A program made the translations under genes and the position numbers. A stretch of DNA of 64,000 bases, taken from IMG/VR virus record IMGVR_UViG_3300021960_000018; one strand, given 5' to 3'. Below the pieces are notes generated by a model, which had not been told where the DNA came from, searched no databases, and saw nothing but the letters and a program-made list of their open reading frames with translations. Of the stretch, positions 28,396-37,017 are shown piece after piece. The stretch is from a virus. Numbering within the stretch: position 1 is the first letter of the stretch; the number at the start of each line of letters is the position of its first letter.

Positions 28396-28853
28396 TACTT
28401 CTGGTCATCCTGTGGTTTCTTATTACGACGTTCCATTTCGGCTCTACGTAATTGCGGTAGCATTTTGCGAGCGATCTGATCGATCTTGCTCTTCATCTTA
28501 TCTACCCTTTTCTCAATAGCCTCTCTACGGGCGAAATCTAGTTCACCTTTAGGAACGCCCTTTGTAATTCTTTTAACCAGGAAGTTTCTCGCGGCCTTGC
28601 GCGCACGTTTCTTTAACCGGTCCATTGTGGCAACGCGCATTTTAGCACGTTCCTGGCCGATCTTGATTTTACCCTTCATTCTGCGGAATTGTACAGCTTT
28701 ACGACGTCTCTGCGTCATTGTTAAAGCTTCATTGACTATATGATAACCTTTGTTATCACAATGCTCGCAACCTTTACCCTTACACTTTGGGCATTCTACT
28801 TTTTTCTCGTATAGGTCTACGAATTGTTTAAAGGATACTTTATTATTGTCCAT
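28395..28853 (-). CDS. Basic protein with DnaJ-like Zn motif (probable internal protein)
   Basis: SFKQF..LYE; CPKCKGKGCEHC; EALTMTQRRRKA. Confidence 0.6.
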   Translation of the reverse strand: MDNNKVSFKQFVDLYEKKVECPKCKGKGCEHCDNKGYHIVNEALTMTQRRRKAVQFRRMKGKIKIGQERAKMRVATMDRLKKRARKAARNFLVKRITKGVPKGELDFARREAIEKRVDKMKSKIDQIARKMLPQLRRAEMERRNKKPQDDQK

Positions 28854-30080
28854 TTAGTTTCTTCCTGGTTTGTCCCATCCCTTAAGTACATCTTTGCTGA
28901 AGTTGTTGTACGAGAATTCTAATCTGTCAACAATCTTAACAGCGTCACCACCTAGTCTATCGATAGCAACAAAGCCTTCATGTCCTGTGACTCTGAAACC
29001 ATCTTTAGTCTTAACAAATGTATCAACATTGTTTAATCTATTTAAAGTATTTATAAGTTTTAATTTCGCTAGAACGATAACTTTTTGTAATTCGAATATA
29101 TTTTTTAGAGATTTTTTATTCGAAGTTGAGAAAAATTTCAAAATATCGTCTAGTTTTTTTTGCTGGGTGGCCTTTCCAGATGCCGTTTTACGTGCCAGGA
29201 TCTCACGTTGGAATTTATCATTGATCCATTTGATAAGATTGTTGACGTGTGTATCGGTGTTTGTGATAACTTCCCCCCGTCGGACGTAACTGTTGTTGAA
29301 CGTTTCGATCCACTGAGGTAGTTCGGGGTGTGATTCGAGTTGCCGGAGAGTCGTTCCAGCAATTTGGTTAAATAGTTTTCCAGCTTGTGCAAGATATTCA
29401 TTTACCTCCTCCGTATCTTTTTTGCTCATACTATATCGAGTAAGATCCCGAAGCATCGCATCTTGTGACCAAACATTTCTAGACTTTTTAAATTGACTCA
29501 CGTCTACGCCATATGAAGCTCTCATGGATTCAAAGGTAGTACCACTATAGGTTGTATGCCAAACGATTCCAATTCTGGAAGCTCTAACGGTTTTGGCCGC
29601 TGGACTATCAGCAGGAATAGCATAAACAATAGTATTAGGATGGAACGTAATATATTTTTCGCCATTGATTGTCTGCGCCTTTACATCTCCTGGACCAAAC
29701 AAGAAATCCCCTTGAACAACCCCTCTGATGCCGAGCTCGGGCAAATACTGTAGAGCAAGCTTAAGCTTGTTAGCAAGGTCGCCAGAAGTGTCAGCATCAA
29801 CATCAGCAGCGGTCTTATAAACTTTGGGGTTCTTATTGAAGATCCCTTTTTTCGCAACGAAGAATACGCCATCACTAGGATCGATACCAGCAAAAATAGC
29901 AGGGGCACCATCCCACTTAACAGAGACTTTACCATCATGACCTCCTAACATATCTCGGAGATTTCGCAAGGCAAAGATTGCCTGGCGTGTTCCATTTACC
30001 CCACCGTAAATGACACGATCTTCGATGTGTGTCATGTGGGTATTTTTCGATTCAGTGATATGTGCTTTAAAGTTTTCCAT
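28854..30080 (-). CDS. RNA-ligase/nucleotidyltransferase-fold protein (DUF6267-like)
   Basis: NTHMTHIED, motif I VKWDGAP, QGDFLF, HEGFVAI, VKIVDR. Confidence 0.65.
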   Translation of the reverse strand: MENFKAHITESKNTHMTHIEDRVIYGGVNGTRQAIFALRNLRDMLGGHDGKVSVKWDGAPAIFAGIDPSDGVFFVAKKGIFNKNPKVYKTAADVDADTSGDLANKLKLALQYLPELGIRGVVQGDFLFGPGDVKAQTINGEKYITFHPNTIVYAIPADSPAAKTVRASRIGIVWHTTYSGTTFESMRASYGVDVSQFKKSRNVWSQDAMLRDLTRYSMSKKDTEEVNEYLAQAGKLFNQIAGTTLRQLESHPELPQWIETFNNSYVRRGEVITNTDTHVNNLIKWINDKFQREILARKTASGKATQQKKLDDILKFFSTSNKKSLKNIFELQKVIVLAKLKLINTLNRLNNVDTFVKTKDGFRVTGHEGFVAIDRLGGDAVKIVDRLEFSYNNFSKDVLKGWDKPGRN

Positions 30081-30129
30081 AGTACCTATATAACTGTTTT
30101 AGAAGGATTTGTAAATCCCCTATATGAAA

Positions 30130-30345
30130 TTATTTTGCGTCCCAGTAAGATTTACTGAGTTCGCCTCTGCTAATATCACCGTCTCCAACCCTACGGACTC
30201 TAGTATAGACTTGGTGCGTTCCATCAGTTCTAACCCCTGATGTTTGCTTTTCCCACAGTCTATGCTGTGCACTAGATGCAGCAGGTTCAGGAGGATTATT
30301 ATCATACTGCCAATTGGCATTGTTTGGAATGTTTACCCAAGTCAT
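30130..30345 (-). CDS. Hypothetical protein
   Basis: SD AGGAG, 71 aa. Confidence 0.55.
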   Translation of the reverse strand: MTWVNIPNNANWQYDNNPPEPAASSAQHRLWEKQTSGVRTDGTHQVYTRVRRVGDGDISRGELSKSYWDAK

Positions 30346-30358
30346 AGTTTACTCCTTT

Positions 30359-30391
30359 GGGGGTTTACAAAACTAAAATTTATGGTATAAT
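30359..30391 (+). promoter_or_regulatory. Early-type promoter on the + strand, antisense to 30422-32505
   Basis: GGGGGTTTACA...TGGTATAAT. Confidence 0.6.
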
Positions 30392-30421
30392 ATAAAAGAC
30401 CTTTTAGGGCAGGATAGAATA

Positions 30422-31153
30422 CTAAGCGTCCCGAATTAGTATGATATCAAAGGCTGCTGTTACACGAGCATTATTGGATCTGACTGAGGTTCGAACATCG
30501 ATATCCGATTTTTCCGGAATGACAATAGGAACACTAAATTCATAATGATAAGGCATTCCAGTTCCAGCAACCTCACCGCTATGTCCGATTCTAAATGATG
30601 ATTGACCATAATATCTTACAAACATATCGATGGTAGCATCGCCGCCATATTGAATTGATGTAGAACCTTGAGTTAGATATCCAGTATAACCAGCTGGGAC
30701 CGTATATACTGCCATAAGTGTCTGCGCTTTACCTGCCGTAATACGTGCAACAGTAGTACCGTTTCTTTGAATATTAATATTACCTGTATTGGTTGTATTA
30801 TCGTAATAATAAGCACGATATACGCGGGAAAATGTTTTGGTTCCAGTTACTGTGCCTGAAGATGAAAGTGTAAATTCTTCCTCGATCATATCATAGTATT
30901 GATCTAATCCATACACAATAACTTTATCACCGTTATCACCGGCATTTACTGCTGGGATAGTAAGAACCCCGGGGGTTGCCCATGTAGACCATGGATATAC
31001 GGTATCGTTTACATCCCAGATTGTGCCAGTCGTATTGGTCGACATAGCTGGAACGGCACCAAACTTATGAATATGTGAGGTGTTTAGAACCTGGCCTCTA
31101 GCAATATTAATCCGCTCTGCTAAATCTGAGTTGTCTAAAAATCTTTTTGCCAT
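30422..31153 (-). CDS. Beta-rich hypothetical protein (possible virion protein)
   Basis: Thr/Gly-rich; HKFG...YTVPAGYTGY...EKSDIDVR. Confidence 0.6.
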   Translation of the reverse strand: MAKRFLDNSDLAERINIARGQVLNTSHIHKFGAVPAMSTNTTGTIWDVNDTVYPWSTWATPGVLTIPAVNAGDNGDKVIVYGLDQYYDMIEEEFTLSSSGTVTGTKTFSRVYRAYYYDNTTNTGNINIQRNGTTVARITAGKAQTLMAVYTVPAGYTGYLTQGSTSIQYGGDATIDMFVRYYGQSSFRIGHSGEVAGTGMPYHYEFSVPIVIPEKSDIDVRTSVRSNNARVTAAFDIILIRDA

Positions 31154-32505
31154 TATTGATAAACCTTTACATAGACTGAAGACTCTTCTAACTTCGATCC
31201 AGCATAATTCATAATATATGATACGAAATCATTAGCCTTATTTTGAGTAGCTTTTTTAAGACCGTATACGACGTAGGTTGATCCCAACTTACTATGTATA
31301 CGGTCAATATCCTGTGTTGTTAATTCTGCTCTGAACTCAGCATCTGTAACCTTTGCACAGTGTGTCGCCATTTCAGAAAACATTTTAATTGTATTTTCAT
31401 CCCCGTCTATAATTTTTTTAGCTTGCTGCTTAAGAGTATTATTGTCTGGTATAGTATATTGCATATATCTCTTAGCAGCGTCAATGATCTGTTCTAATCC
31501 TGCTCTTCCTCCTCGAGCGGTAGCGAGTTCGATCTCAGCATTCAATGGGCCAAGATAAGATGGCGTACGAAAGCCAATCTTAATATTAGTGTCGACGATC
31601 AACGTAGCGCCCTTAGAACGAAAGAATGTAGCAGTACTAATGTTATCTGCCATCAAGGATGCATCAGTTAGTTTATGTTTATCTAAAGGTCTTTTGCCGT
31701 CGTTTAAAACAGAAGCCTTAATCTGAGCAGCGTTTATAACCTTTTTAAGAGAAATTCCTACAATCTTACGATCGTCAAATGAAGTCTTAAGAACCGTATT
31801 TAAATTAGTTATGGTTGTGTCATCAAGTACATTATTTAAAACCACTGAGGTATCTATTGCCCAAATATCACCAGGATTCCATTTATCATCTGAAAGGACA
31901 GACATATTAGAATTTTGGAATGCATTCTTTTTCGCTTTATAGATTGCTTTCATTTTGGGATCATCGCGATGATAGGTATGAGAGCTTTTAGTATATCCTT
32001 TAGATCTTAGTAAAGAGGCCGTCCAGTAAGCTGATAGATGCCATGTCTCATCCAATTTAATCGCAGCATCTACCGTAGTACCACCAATATAAGTCTTACC
32101 GGCATGCTTTTTAAGAACGGAGGGGGTAAAGTATTCTACTGGTTTATTTAAGGGTTCACCCATCACCGCTGCACAATATAGACACTGAAGACTTTCGGCA
32201 AGAGCTGTCTGAAGTGTTCCGCCGCCTTTGCCTGCTCCCCCGCCACCAAAGATCGCAGTTTTACCAATTTTAGAAGAACTTATTTTAGTTCCGGCTTTTA
32301 GAGTAAGATCGAATGGTTTCCCGGTAATCTTAAACATTTCTACAGACTGCAGATTTTGTTTATCGTTCTTGATCACGACCTCTTTATTATCAACTGTAAC
32401 CAATTTCGTGCCATTCTTAATAGCCTCAACGAGAATGTCAATCCTAGGTTTCCCGGTTTGGGAATTAGGCTTCTTCCATTCCTGAGGAGTCATTGCTACT
32501 GGCAT
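31153..32505 (-). CDS. Putative PD-(D/E)xK-like nuclease
   Basis: E..Q helix, DKWNPGDIW, VGISLKK. Confidence 0.5.
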   Translation of the reverse strand: MPVAMTPQEWKKPNSQTGKPRIDILVEAIKNGTKLVTVDNKEVVIKNDKQNLQSVEMFKITGKPFDLTLKAGTKISSSKIGKTAIFGGGGAGKGGGTLQTALAESLQCLYCAAVMGEPLNKPVEYFTPSVLKKHAGKTYIGGTTVDAAIKLDETWHLSAYWTASLLRSKGYTKSSHTYHRDDPKMKAIYKAKKNAFQNSNMSVLSDDKWNPGDIWAIDTSVVLNNVLDDTTITNLNTVLKTSFDDRKIVGISLKKVINAAQIKASVLNDGKRPLDKHKLTDASLMADNISTATFFRSKGATLIVDTNIKIGFRTPSYLGPLNAEIELATARGGRAGLEQIIDAAKRYMQYTIPDNNTLKQQAKKIIDGDENTIKMFSEMATHCAKVTDAEFRAELTTQDIDRIHSKLGSTYVVYGLKKATQNKANDFVSYIMNYAGSKLEESSVYVKVYQ

Positions 32506-32556
32506 CTTTGTACTCTGTTATCATTGTTTAGTTATATTTATGATATTTTTAGAATA

Positions 32557-32590
32557 CAAAAAACCCGAGAGTTCGTAAACCCCCGGGTTA
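32557..32590 (-). terminator. Intrinsic terminator overlapping a promoter -35
   Basis: AACCCGGGGG-TTTACGAA-CTCTCGGGTT followed by TTTT. Confidence 0.6.
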
Positions 32591-32595
32591 AAATT

Positions 32596-32847
32596 TTATC
32601 GATTGTAGATGTAAACGTCTGCAGTTGTCGCGTATTTCAGCGGTAGAGATTGATTATAGCGCCGTACGCCTTGACGGTGACCACGACCTTGAAGTTTGAC
32701 ATACATCTGACGTTTACCGGATTCACGGAGCTTGGCATTTGCTTCCTTAACCAGTTTACGAGCAATAGCCACCATGTTCATGTCGGCAGCGTCCGAAAGG
32801 TCCACAGTGCCCATATAGGAATCAGTACGGTTTTCGTTGATGATCAT
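32596..32847 (-). CDS. Hypothetical early protein
   Basis: YVKLQGRG...ADVYIY; directly after an early cassette. Confidence 0.7.
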   Translation of the reverse strand: MIINENRTDSYMGTVDLSDAADMNMVAIARKLVKEANAKLRESGKRQMYVKLQGRGHRQGVRRYNQSLPLKYATTADVYIYNR

Positions 32848-32855
32848 ATCAGTAT

Positions 32856-32920
32856 CTCCTTGTTGATAGTACTAATATAAGGATTTACTTTTCATTTGTA
32901 AACCCCCTATTTACATTTTT
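32856..32920 (-). promoter_or_regulatory. Early promoter cassette with TGTAAA/TTTACA inverted repeat
   Basis: TGTAAATAGGGGGTTTACA-N17-TATATTAGTACTATCAACAAGGAG. Confidence 0.8.
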
Positions 32921-32931
32921 TTCGAAAAAAA

Positions 32932-33153
32932 TTAAAGACCCAAGATTCGAGCTGCTTCACGCTTGTTGTCATGGGGCAAAGGATTTCCTGCCATGATATG
33001 TTCTACGATCTGATGGAAGTAAAATGCAGCGTCTTCTTGACCTTCGGCATCGAGTACTTCTGCGCAGTCACGAAAGAACATCTTAAGTTTCATGTCCTGC
33101 ATGCCATCACCAAGAGCTGCCTTGTGGGTCTTACCGGCTCGTTGATTGCTCAT
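32932..33153 (-). CDS. Hypothetical protein (MSNQRAG...)
   Basis: SD AGGAGG. Confidence 0.6.
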   Translation of the reverse strand: MSNQRAGKTHKAALGDGMQDMKLKMFFRDCAEVLDAEGQEDAAFYFHQIVEHIMAGNPLPHDNKREAARILGL

Positions 33154-33325
33154 ACCATCCTCCTTTTTTGAGCATCTGTTTAAAGTTGACAAGGTCATTG
33201 GGACTAAGACGAATCTCAGACGCAGGAACACCGTCATCTTTACTATACTGCTTTAGCGTAGTTCCGTAAATCCCCTCGTTGAGGTAATATACGTGTCTAT
33301 GATTATCGTGTACGTACTTAGTCAT
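33131..33325 (-). CDS. Hypothetical protein
   Basis: Coupled small ORF. Confidence 0.5.
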   Translation of the reverse strand: MTKYVHDNHRHVYYLNEGIYGTTLKQYSKDDGVPASEIRLSPNDLVNFKQMLKKGGWYEQSTSR

Positions 33326-33512
33326 AATAGTCCGGATGAGTTAGGATCCAAAGACATTCTGACTGACCTTCATAGTCAGGATCAGGATACATCATTTCAC
33401 ACTTTTCATGTGGAAAGTTATATAGTCCGGATTTGGGAAAAAAATGATAATCGATTACAACGCCCCAGCCAGAGATGGCTAGGGCCCATGCAACTACAGT
33501 GGATCGTGACAT
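33318..33512 (-). CDS. Small membrane protein (MSRSTVV...)
   Basis: SD GAGGA, one TM. Confidence 0.5.
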   Translation of the reverse strand: MSRSTVVAWALAISGWGVVIDYHFFPKSGLYNFPHEKCEMMYPDPDYEGQSECLWILTHPDYYD

Positions 33513-33522
33513 TATATTCCTC

Positions 33523-34479
33523 TTAGGCGGCAGTGGCAAAAGCCACTGCCTGCTCTGCTGCAACAACCTTACGTGCTGCGTTCTGACCAAACCACTGAGA
33601 GTGGAGACGGTTATCTGCGTTACGACCTTGAATGTGATCAGTAACGAAAGTCACCGAGTTGAAAGCCTGCCACCAAGTACCGGCAGCATATTCTGCACCA
33701 GGCTGAACTTCCAGAGCATCGTAGCAAAGCTTAGCGTTGCGGGAAAGATCTTCGTAAACCGTAACCTCTTTCGGAGTTTCAGTGCGCGAAGTATTCGGGA
33801 ACACAGTGTTGTAGTACTGAATAAGCGATTCAGCGGTAACCTTACGCGAACCAAGGAACTGTGCCATTTCTTTGTACTTGGCAAATTTCTCATGAGCAAT
33901 ACCAAGTGTTTCTTTTACCATATCAGGATTGAACTCAGTGCGGTGAGAAAGACGAACACTGTTTTTAGACTCTTGATTCAGAGACATAGTAAGAGTGTTG
34001 TTGCAAACCACGCGAATGGGCGTGAAACGAACGTCGATGGATTTACCGTATTTGTGGGGGTTGCTAAAGAGAAGGTACGAATCGATCTTATCTTCACCGA
34101 AAACGTCAAACGATTCTTTTACTTTAGCAAGTGCCCAAACGTACTCGCCATCGCGAAGAGAACCAGCGGTGTGCATTTCCATGTCACCTGCGAGAACGAA
34201 CTCCGAGAAGAATTCGAAAGCGGTTTCGTTTTGAACCGGATTCCAGTTTTCACCGATATTGGTAAGGATGCGCCCGTCAGTGGAACGAACCAGCGATTTC
34301 TGACCGGTGGCCTTACGTTCACCGTTAAACTCGATGAAGGATTCAACAGCGTGAACTTCCCAATCGACGCCAGCTTTCTGCATCATCTGAGCGGGGGTAA
34401 GATCGTTGCTAACCTCTTCACCCAGTCCATGCCAGGGCAGCTCGCCAGCGTAAGCCATCGTTTCAACCATATGTGCCAT
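33523..34479 (-). CDS. DUF932/DUF945 (TIGR03299-like) protein
   Basis: MAH.VETMAY.GELPWHGLG, TAGSL, TPIRVVCNNTL, GTWWQAFNSVT. Confidence 0.88.
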   Translation of the reverse strand: MAHMVETMAYAGELPWHGLGEEVSNDLTPAQMMQKAGVDWEVHAVESFIEFNGERKATGQKSLVRSTDGRILTNIGENWNPVQNETAFEFFSEFVLAGDMEMHTAGSLRDGEYVWALAKVKESFDVFGEDKIDSYLLFSNPHKYGKSIDVRFTPIRVVCNNTLTMSLNQESKNSVRLSHRTEFNPDMVKETLGIAHEKFAKYKEMAQFLGSRKVTAESLIQYYNTVFPNTSRTETPKEVTVYEDLSRNAKLCYDALEVQPGAEYAAGTWWQAFNSVTFVTDHIQGRNADNRLHSQWFGQNAARKVVAAEQAVAFATAA

Positions 34480-34501
34480 AATATATCTCCAAGTGTGTGT
34501 G

Positions 34502-34547
34502 TTTGATAGTAGTAATATAAGGTATTACGAATCGTTTGTAAACCCCC
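34502..34547 (-). promoter_or_regulatory. Early promoter cassette
   Basis: GGGGGTTTACA-N17-TATATTACTACTATCAA. Confidence 0.8.
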
Positions 34548-34900
34548 TAATTCAAATAATTACGACATTTTTTCAGTTTTTTCGAAATAAATTCTGGATC
34601 ATTGATCTGTCGGTTTAGTGGGGAAGGGTGAGGAAGCACGAAATGTTCTACATTAAGCTGAGAAAGGAATTTAGAAACCAGTCCACCTAAGGCTATTACT
34701 TTCTCGTGCCCGCGTACGCACGAGAGCACGTACTCGCGGTCGATCGCGCGCTTGTCCCAGTAAGGGTCATGGGATAGATTAGTAAATGCTACAATACCCA
34801 CCCCGAGGTCATCGATCCAGTCTTGTAAACGATACCAAGCACATCCCTTTCGGTACTGTGCCTTGGTAGGATTTAATCCGACAATTAAGGTCATCCCCAA
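34547..34900 (-). CDS. Minimal uracil-DNA-glycosylase-fold protein
   Basis: IVGLNP, FTNL, VIALG, LPHPSPLN. Confidence 0.7.
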   Translation of the reverse strand: MGMTLIVGLNPTKAQYRKGCAWYRLQDWIDDLGVGIVAFTNLSHDPYWDKRAIDREYVLSCVRGHEKVIALGGLVSKFLSQLNVEHFVLPHPSPLNRQINDPEFISKKLKKCRNYLN

Positions 34901-35202
34901 TCCTTACGATCTTCCTCGTGGTTCCAACCGTATGCATATTGGAAGATTTCATCCGAAGTCATTTCATCCATTTCGATTCGACGGCCAAAGCCGGTGCCTT
35001 CGGGATACCAATGGGGGCTGAACTTTCGACCATAGTAACGATCCGCACTTCCACGATCTTGCGGGGATCCGTGAACTGGAAGTTTATTAGAATCTTTGGG
35101 AATGATCCCTCTACGAATATTTTCCGGATAAACGGTAATAAAACCGTCGTCTTCGATTTCACTGTCCATATTATGCAGCCTCCCATTCTTCAAACTTAAC
35201 AA
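34891..35202 (-). CDS. Hypothetical protein
   Basis: HGSPQDRGSADRYYGR...Y.YGW...DRKDWG. Confidence 0.6.
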   Translation of the reverse strand: MLSLKNGRLHNMDSEIEDDGFITVYPENIRRGIIPKDSNKLPVHGSPQDRGSADRYYGRKFSPHWYPEGTGFGRRIEMDEMTSDEIFQYAYGWNHEEDRKDWG

Positions 35203-35575
35203 TGCCCATCAACTCTTTGACGAGTTCTTTCCCATAGTCGGTGAACAGAATTCCTTGTTTCCAGACCCAATGCTCAACATCCTGCTGGTGATAGAACTTT
35301 TCACCTTCAGTCATCCAGCGGAGAACATCTTCACGCGCAGGACGGCCATCAGCATACTCGTAGCACTTTTCGATCCAAGCTTCAAAGTTGGCAATAGCTT
35401 CCGCTTTCGCTTTCTCCTCACGCACCATTTCCTGGAGGAAATCTTGCTCCATATTGTCCCAGATATCCTGCTTACGCTCAGGAGTGGCATCGTAGAATTC
35501 ATCATTTCCACCAGGACGGAATCCGTAGGTGTCCTTGTGGAAGTCCGAGAAGAGCTCTTCAGAGTAAGTAAACAT
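35171..35575 (-). CDS. Hypothetical early protein
   Basis: FSDFHKDTYGFRP motif; after an early cassette. Confidence 0.7.
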   Translation of the reverse strand: MFTYSEELFSDFHKDTYGFRPGGNDEFYDATPERKQDIWDNMEQDFLQEMVREEKAKAEAIANFEAWIEKCYEYADGRPAREDVLRWMTEGEKFYHQQDVEHWVWKQGILFTDYGKELVKELMGIVKFEEWEAA

Positions 35576-35583
35576 GAGGTATC

Positions 35584-35645
35584 TCCTTGTTGATACTACT
35601 AATATAAGCCTTTTCGAATCGTTTGTAAACCCCCTTTTTACATTT
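35584..35645 (-). promoter_or_regulatory. Early promoter cassette
   Basis: TGTAAAAAGGGGGTTTACA-N17-TATATTAGTAGTATCAACAAGGAG. Confidence 0.8.
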
Positions 35646-35648
35646 TTT

Positions 35649-36209
35649 TCACTTTTTTAGTTGTTCGAATCCCCAGTTTTTCTCTCTGCATTGCCAACAC
35701 TCCCCACACTCTTCACCAGATGTTTTTCTGATGCAACTTCTCGTCTGTGATAGATCTATAGATAGTTGGTTAGCAAGATCGATAATGTGGTACTTGTATA
35801 GGTGTAAGAACGGGGTCTGCAATCTGGGAGTAGCAATGTTCCAGGGTCGACCTGGCTTGTCAGATGTGGCAAACTCTGGGAAGTATTCAAGGGGAGGAGT
35901 ATGGTTGATACCATAATATAGATTATCAATATCATAGTTTTTAAGAATATAATCTATAGCCGTGGGCACTCTTGCCCAATGTTCAGTAGTAAGTTCTGCG
36001 ATTTCGATTACGGGTTTGTTGGTAATAGCCTTTACTCTAGCGCTACTATCAAACCCGTCAGCTCTTGCAATATTAAAGATTATGGGATTATCAAGTAAAT
36101 GATACATGACAAAACTATCAATCCCGCCAGACATAATAATACCGGGCTTTTTATCGGTTGGGATATTGACTACCCTTTGATCCCATTCAGGTCCGCATAT
36201 ATATTGCAT
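35649..36209 (-). CDS. QueC-like PP-loop ATPase
   Basis: MSGGIDS, PFLHLYK..I, TRSC, CGECWQCRE; start MQYICG with SD GGAGG. Confidence 0.7.
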   Translation of the reverse strand: MQYICGPEWDQRVVNIPTDKKPGIIMSGGIDSFVMYHLLDNPIIFNIARADGFDSSARVKAITNKPVIEIAELTTEHWARVPTAIDYILKNYDIDNLYYGINHTPPLEYFPEFATSDKPGRPWNIATPRLQTPFLHLYKYHIIDLANQLSIDLSQTRSCIRKTSGEECGECWQCREKNWGFEQLKK

Positions 36210-36240
36210 AACAATCCTCCAAATCATAAGGTATATATCT

Positions 36241-37017
36241 ATGTATGACACTGTTGTTTCAGGATGTAGTTTTACTGCAGCTAATTTCAAGAGTCACGCA
36301 GCGCCTGATGTTGATACTAGCTGGCCAAAATGGCCTGAGTTATTAGGCAATGAAATGGGTTGGAGTGTATTAAATGTTGCCAAAAGCGGATACTCAAACG
36401 AAAGGATATGCGAAGAGGCCATAGAGGCTATAAAGGAAAATAGTAATATAAAAAGATGTATCATTGCTGCATCTGGATGGACTAGGTTTTCTCTTTTCGG
36501 ATATAATTTTATGTGGGATTTTATAATGCAAAAGGAAACCGGACTAGAGGTAATGAAATTGTGGGGTGATGAAGATCCAGAAACGAATCCTATCTATTTA
36601 AAACAAACTCGAGATTTAAAAGAAATAGTACGATTGGTGGAAGTTAAAGAAGAAAAAGCATATCGCCACAGTCTTAAAAAACAACTATACGCATTGGATT
36701 ATTTAAGATTAGTTTGTAAGCAGCGCAATATAGAATTATATTTCTTCCAGATGTTACCAATAGTTAATCATCTTTTTATTGATAGATATAATATAAAACA
36801 GCAGGTCCTGAATAGTTATGAATATAAAACTATGAAAAGGGAATGTAAATTTATTAAACGATACGATTCATTATATGAAAATAATATTATATTAATGAGT
36901 TTTTCAGATAAGAAATTATCTGATAAAGATTTAAGAGTTTCTGAATACGATCAGCATCCTAATAAATTATGTCATGAACTCATTGCACTATGGTTAAAGG
37001 AAGAAATAAATGGTTAA
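36241..37017 (+). CDS. SGNH-like protein
   Basis: GCSFT, WPELLG, SGYSNE, DQHPN..CH. Confidence 0.65.
   Translation: MYDTVVSGCSFTAANFKSHAAPDVDTSWPKWPELLGNEMGWSVLNVAKSGYSNERICEEAIEAIKENSNIKRCIIAASGWTRFSLFGYNFMWDFIMQKETGLEVMKLWGDEDPETNPIYLKQTRDLKEIVRLVEVKEEKAYRHSLKKQLYALDYLRLVCKQRNIELYFFQMLPIVNHLFIDRYNIKQQVLNSYEYKTMKRECKFIKRYDSLYENNIILMSFSDKKLSDKDLRVSEYDQHPNKLCHELIALWLKEEING

Noticed and set aside
25063-29289. Several 100-140 aa + strand ORFs
   Set aside because: Antisense to well-supported minus-strand genes; Ser/Phe/Leu-rich shadow composition.
33475-34506. 343-aa + strand ORF
   Set aside because: Antisense shadow of the DUF932 gene, in register with its codons; no SD, promoter or motifs.
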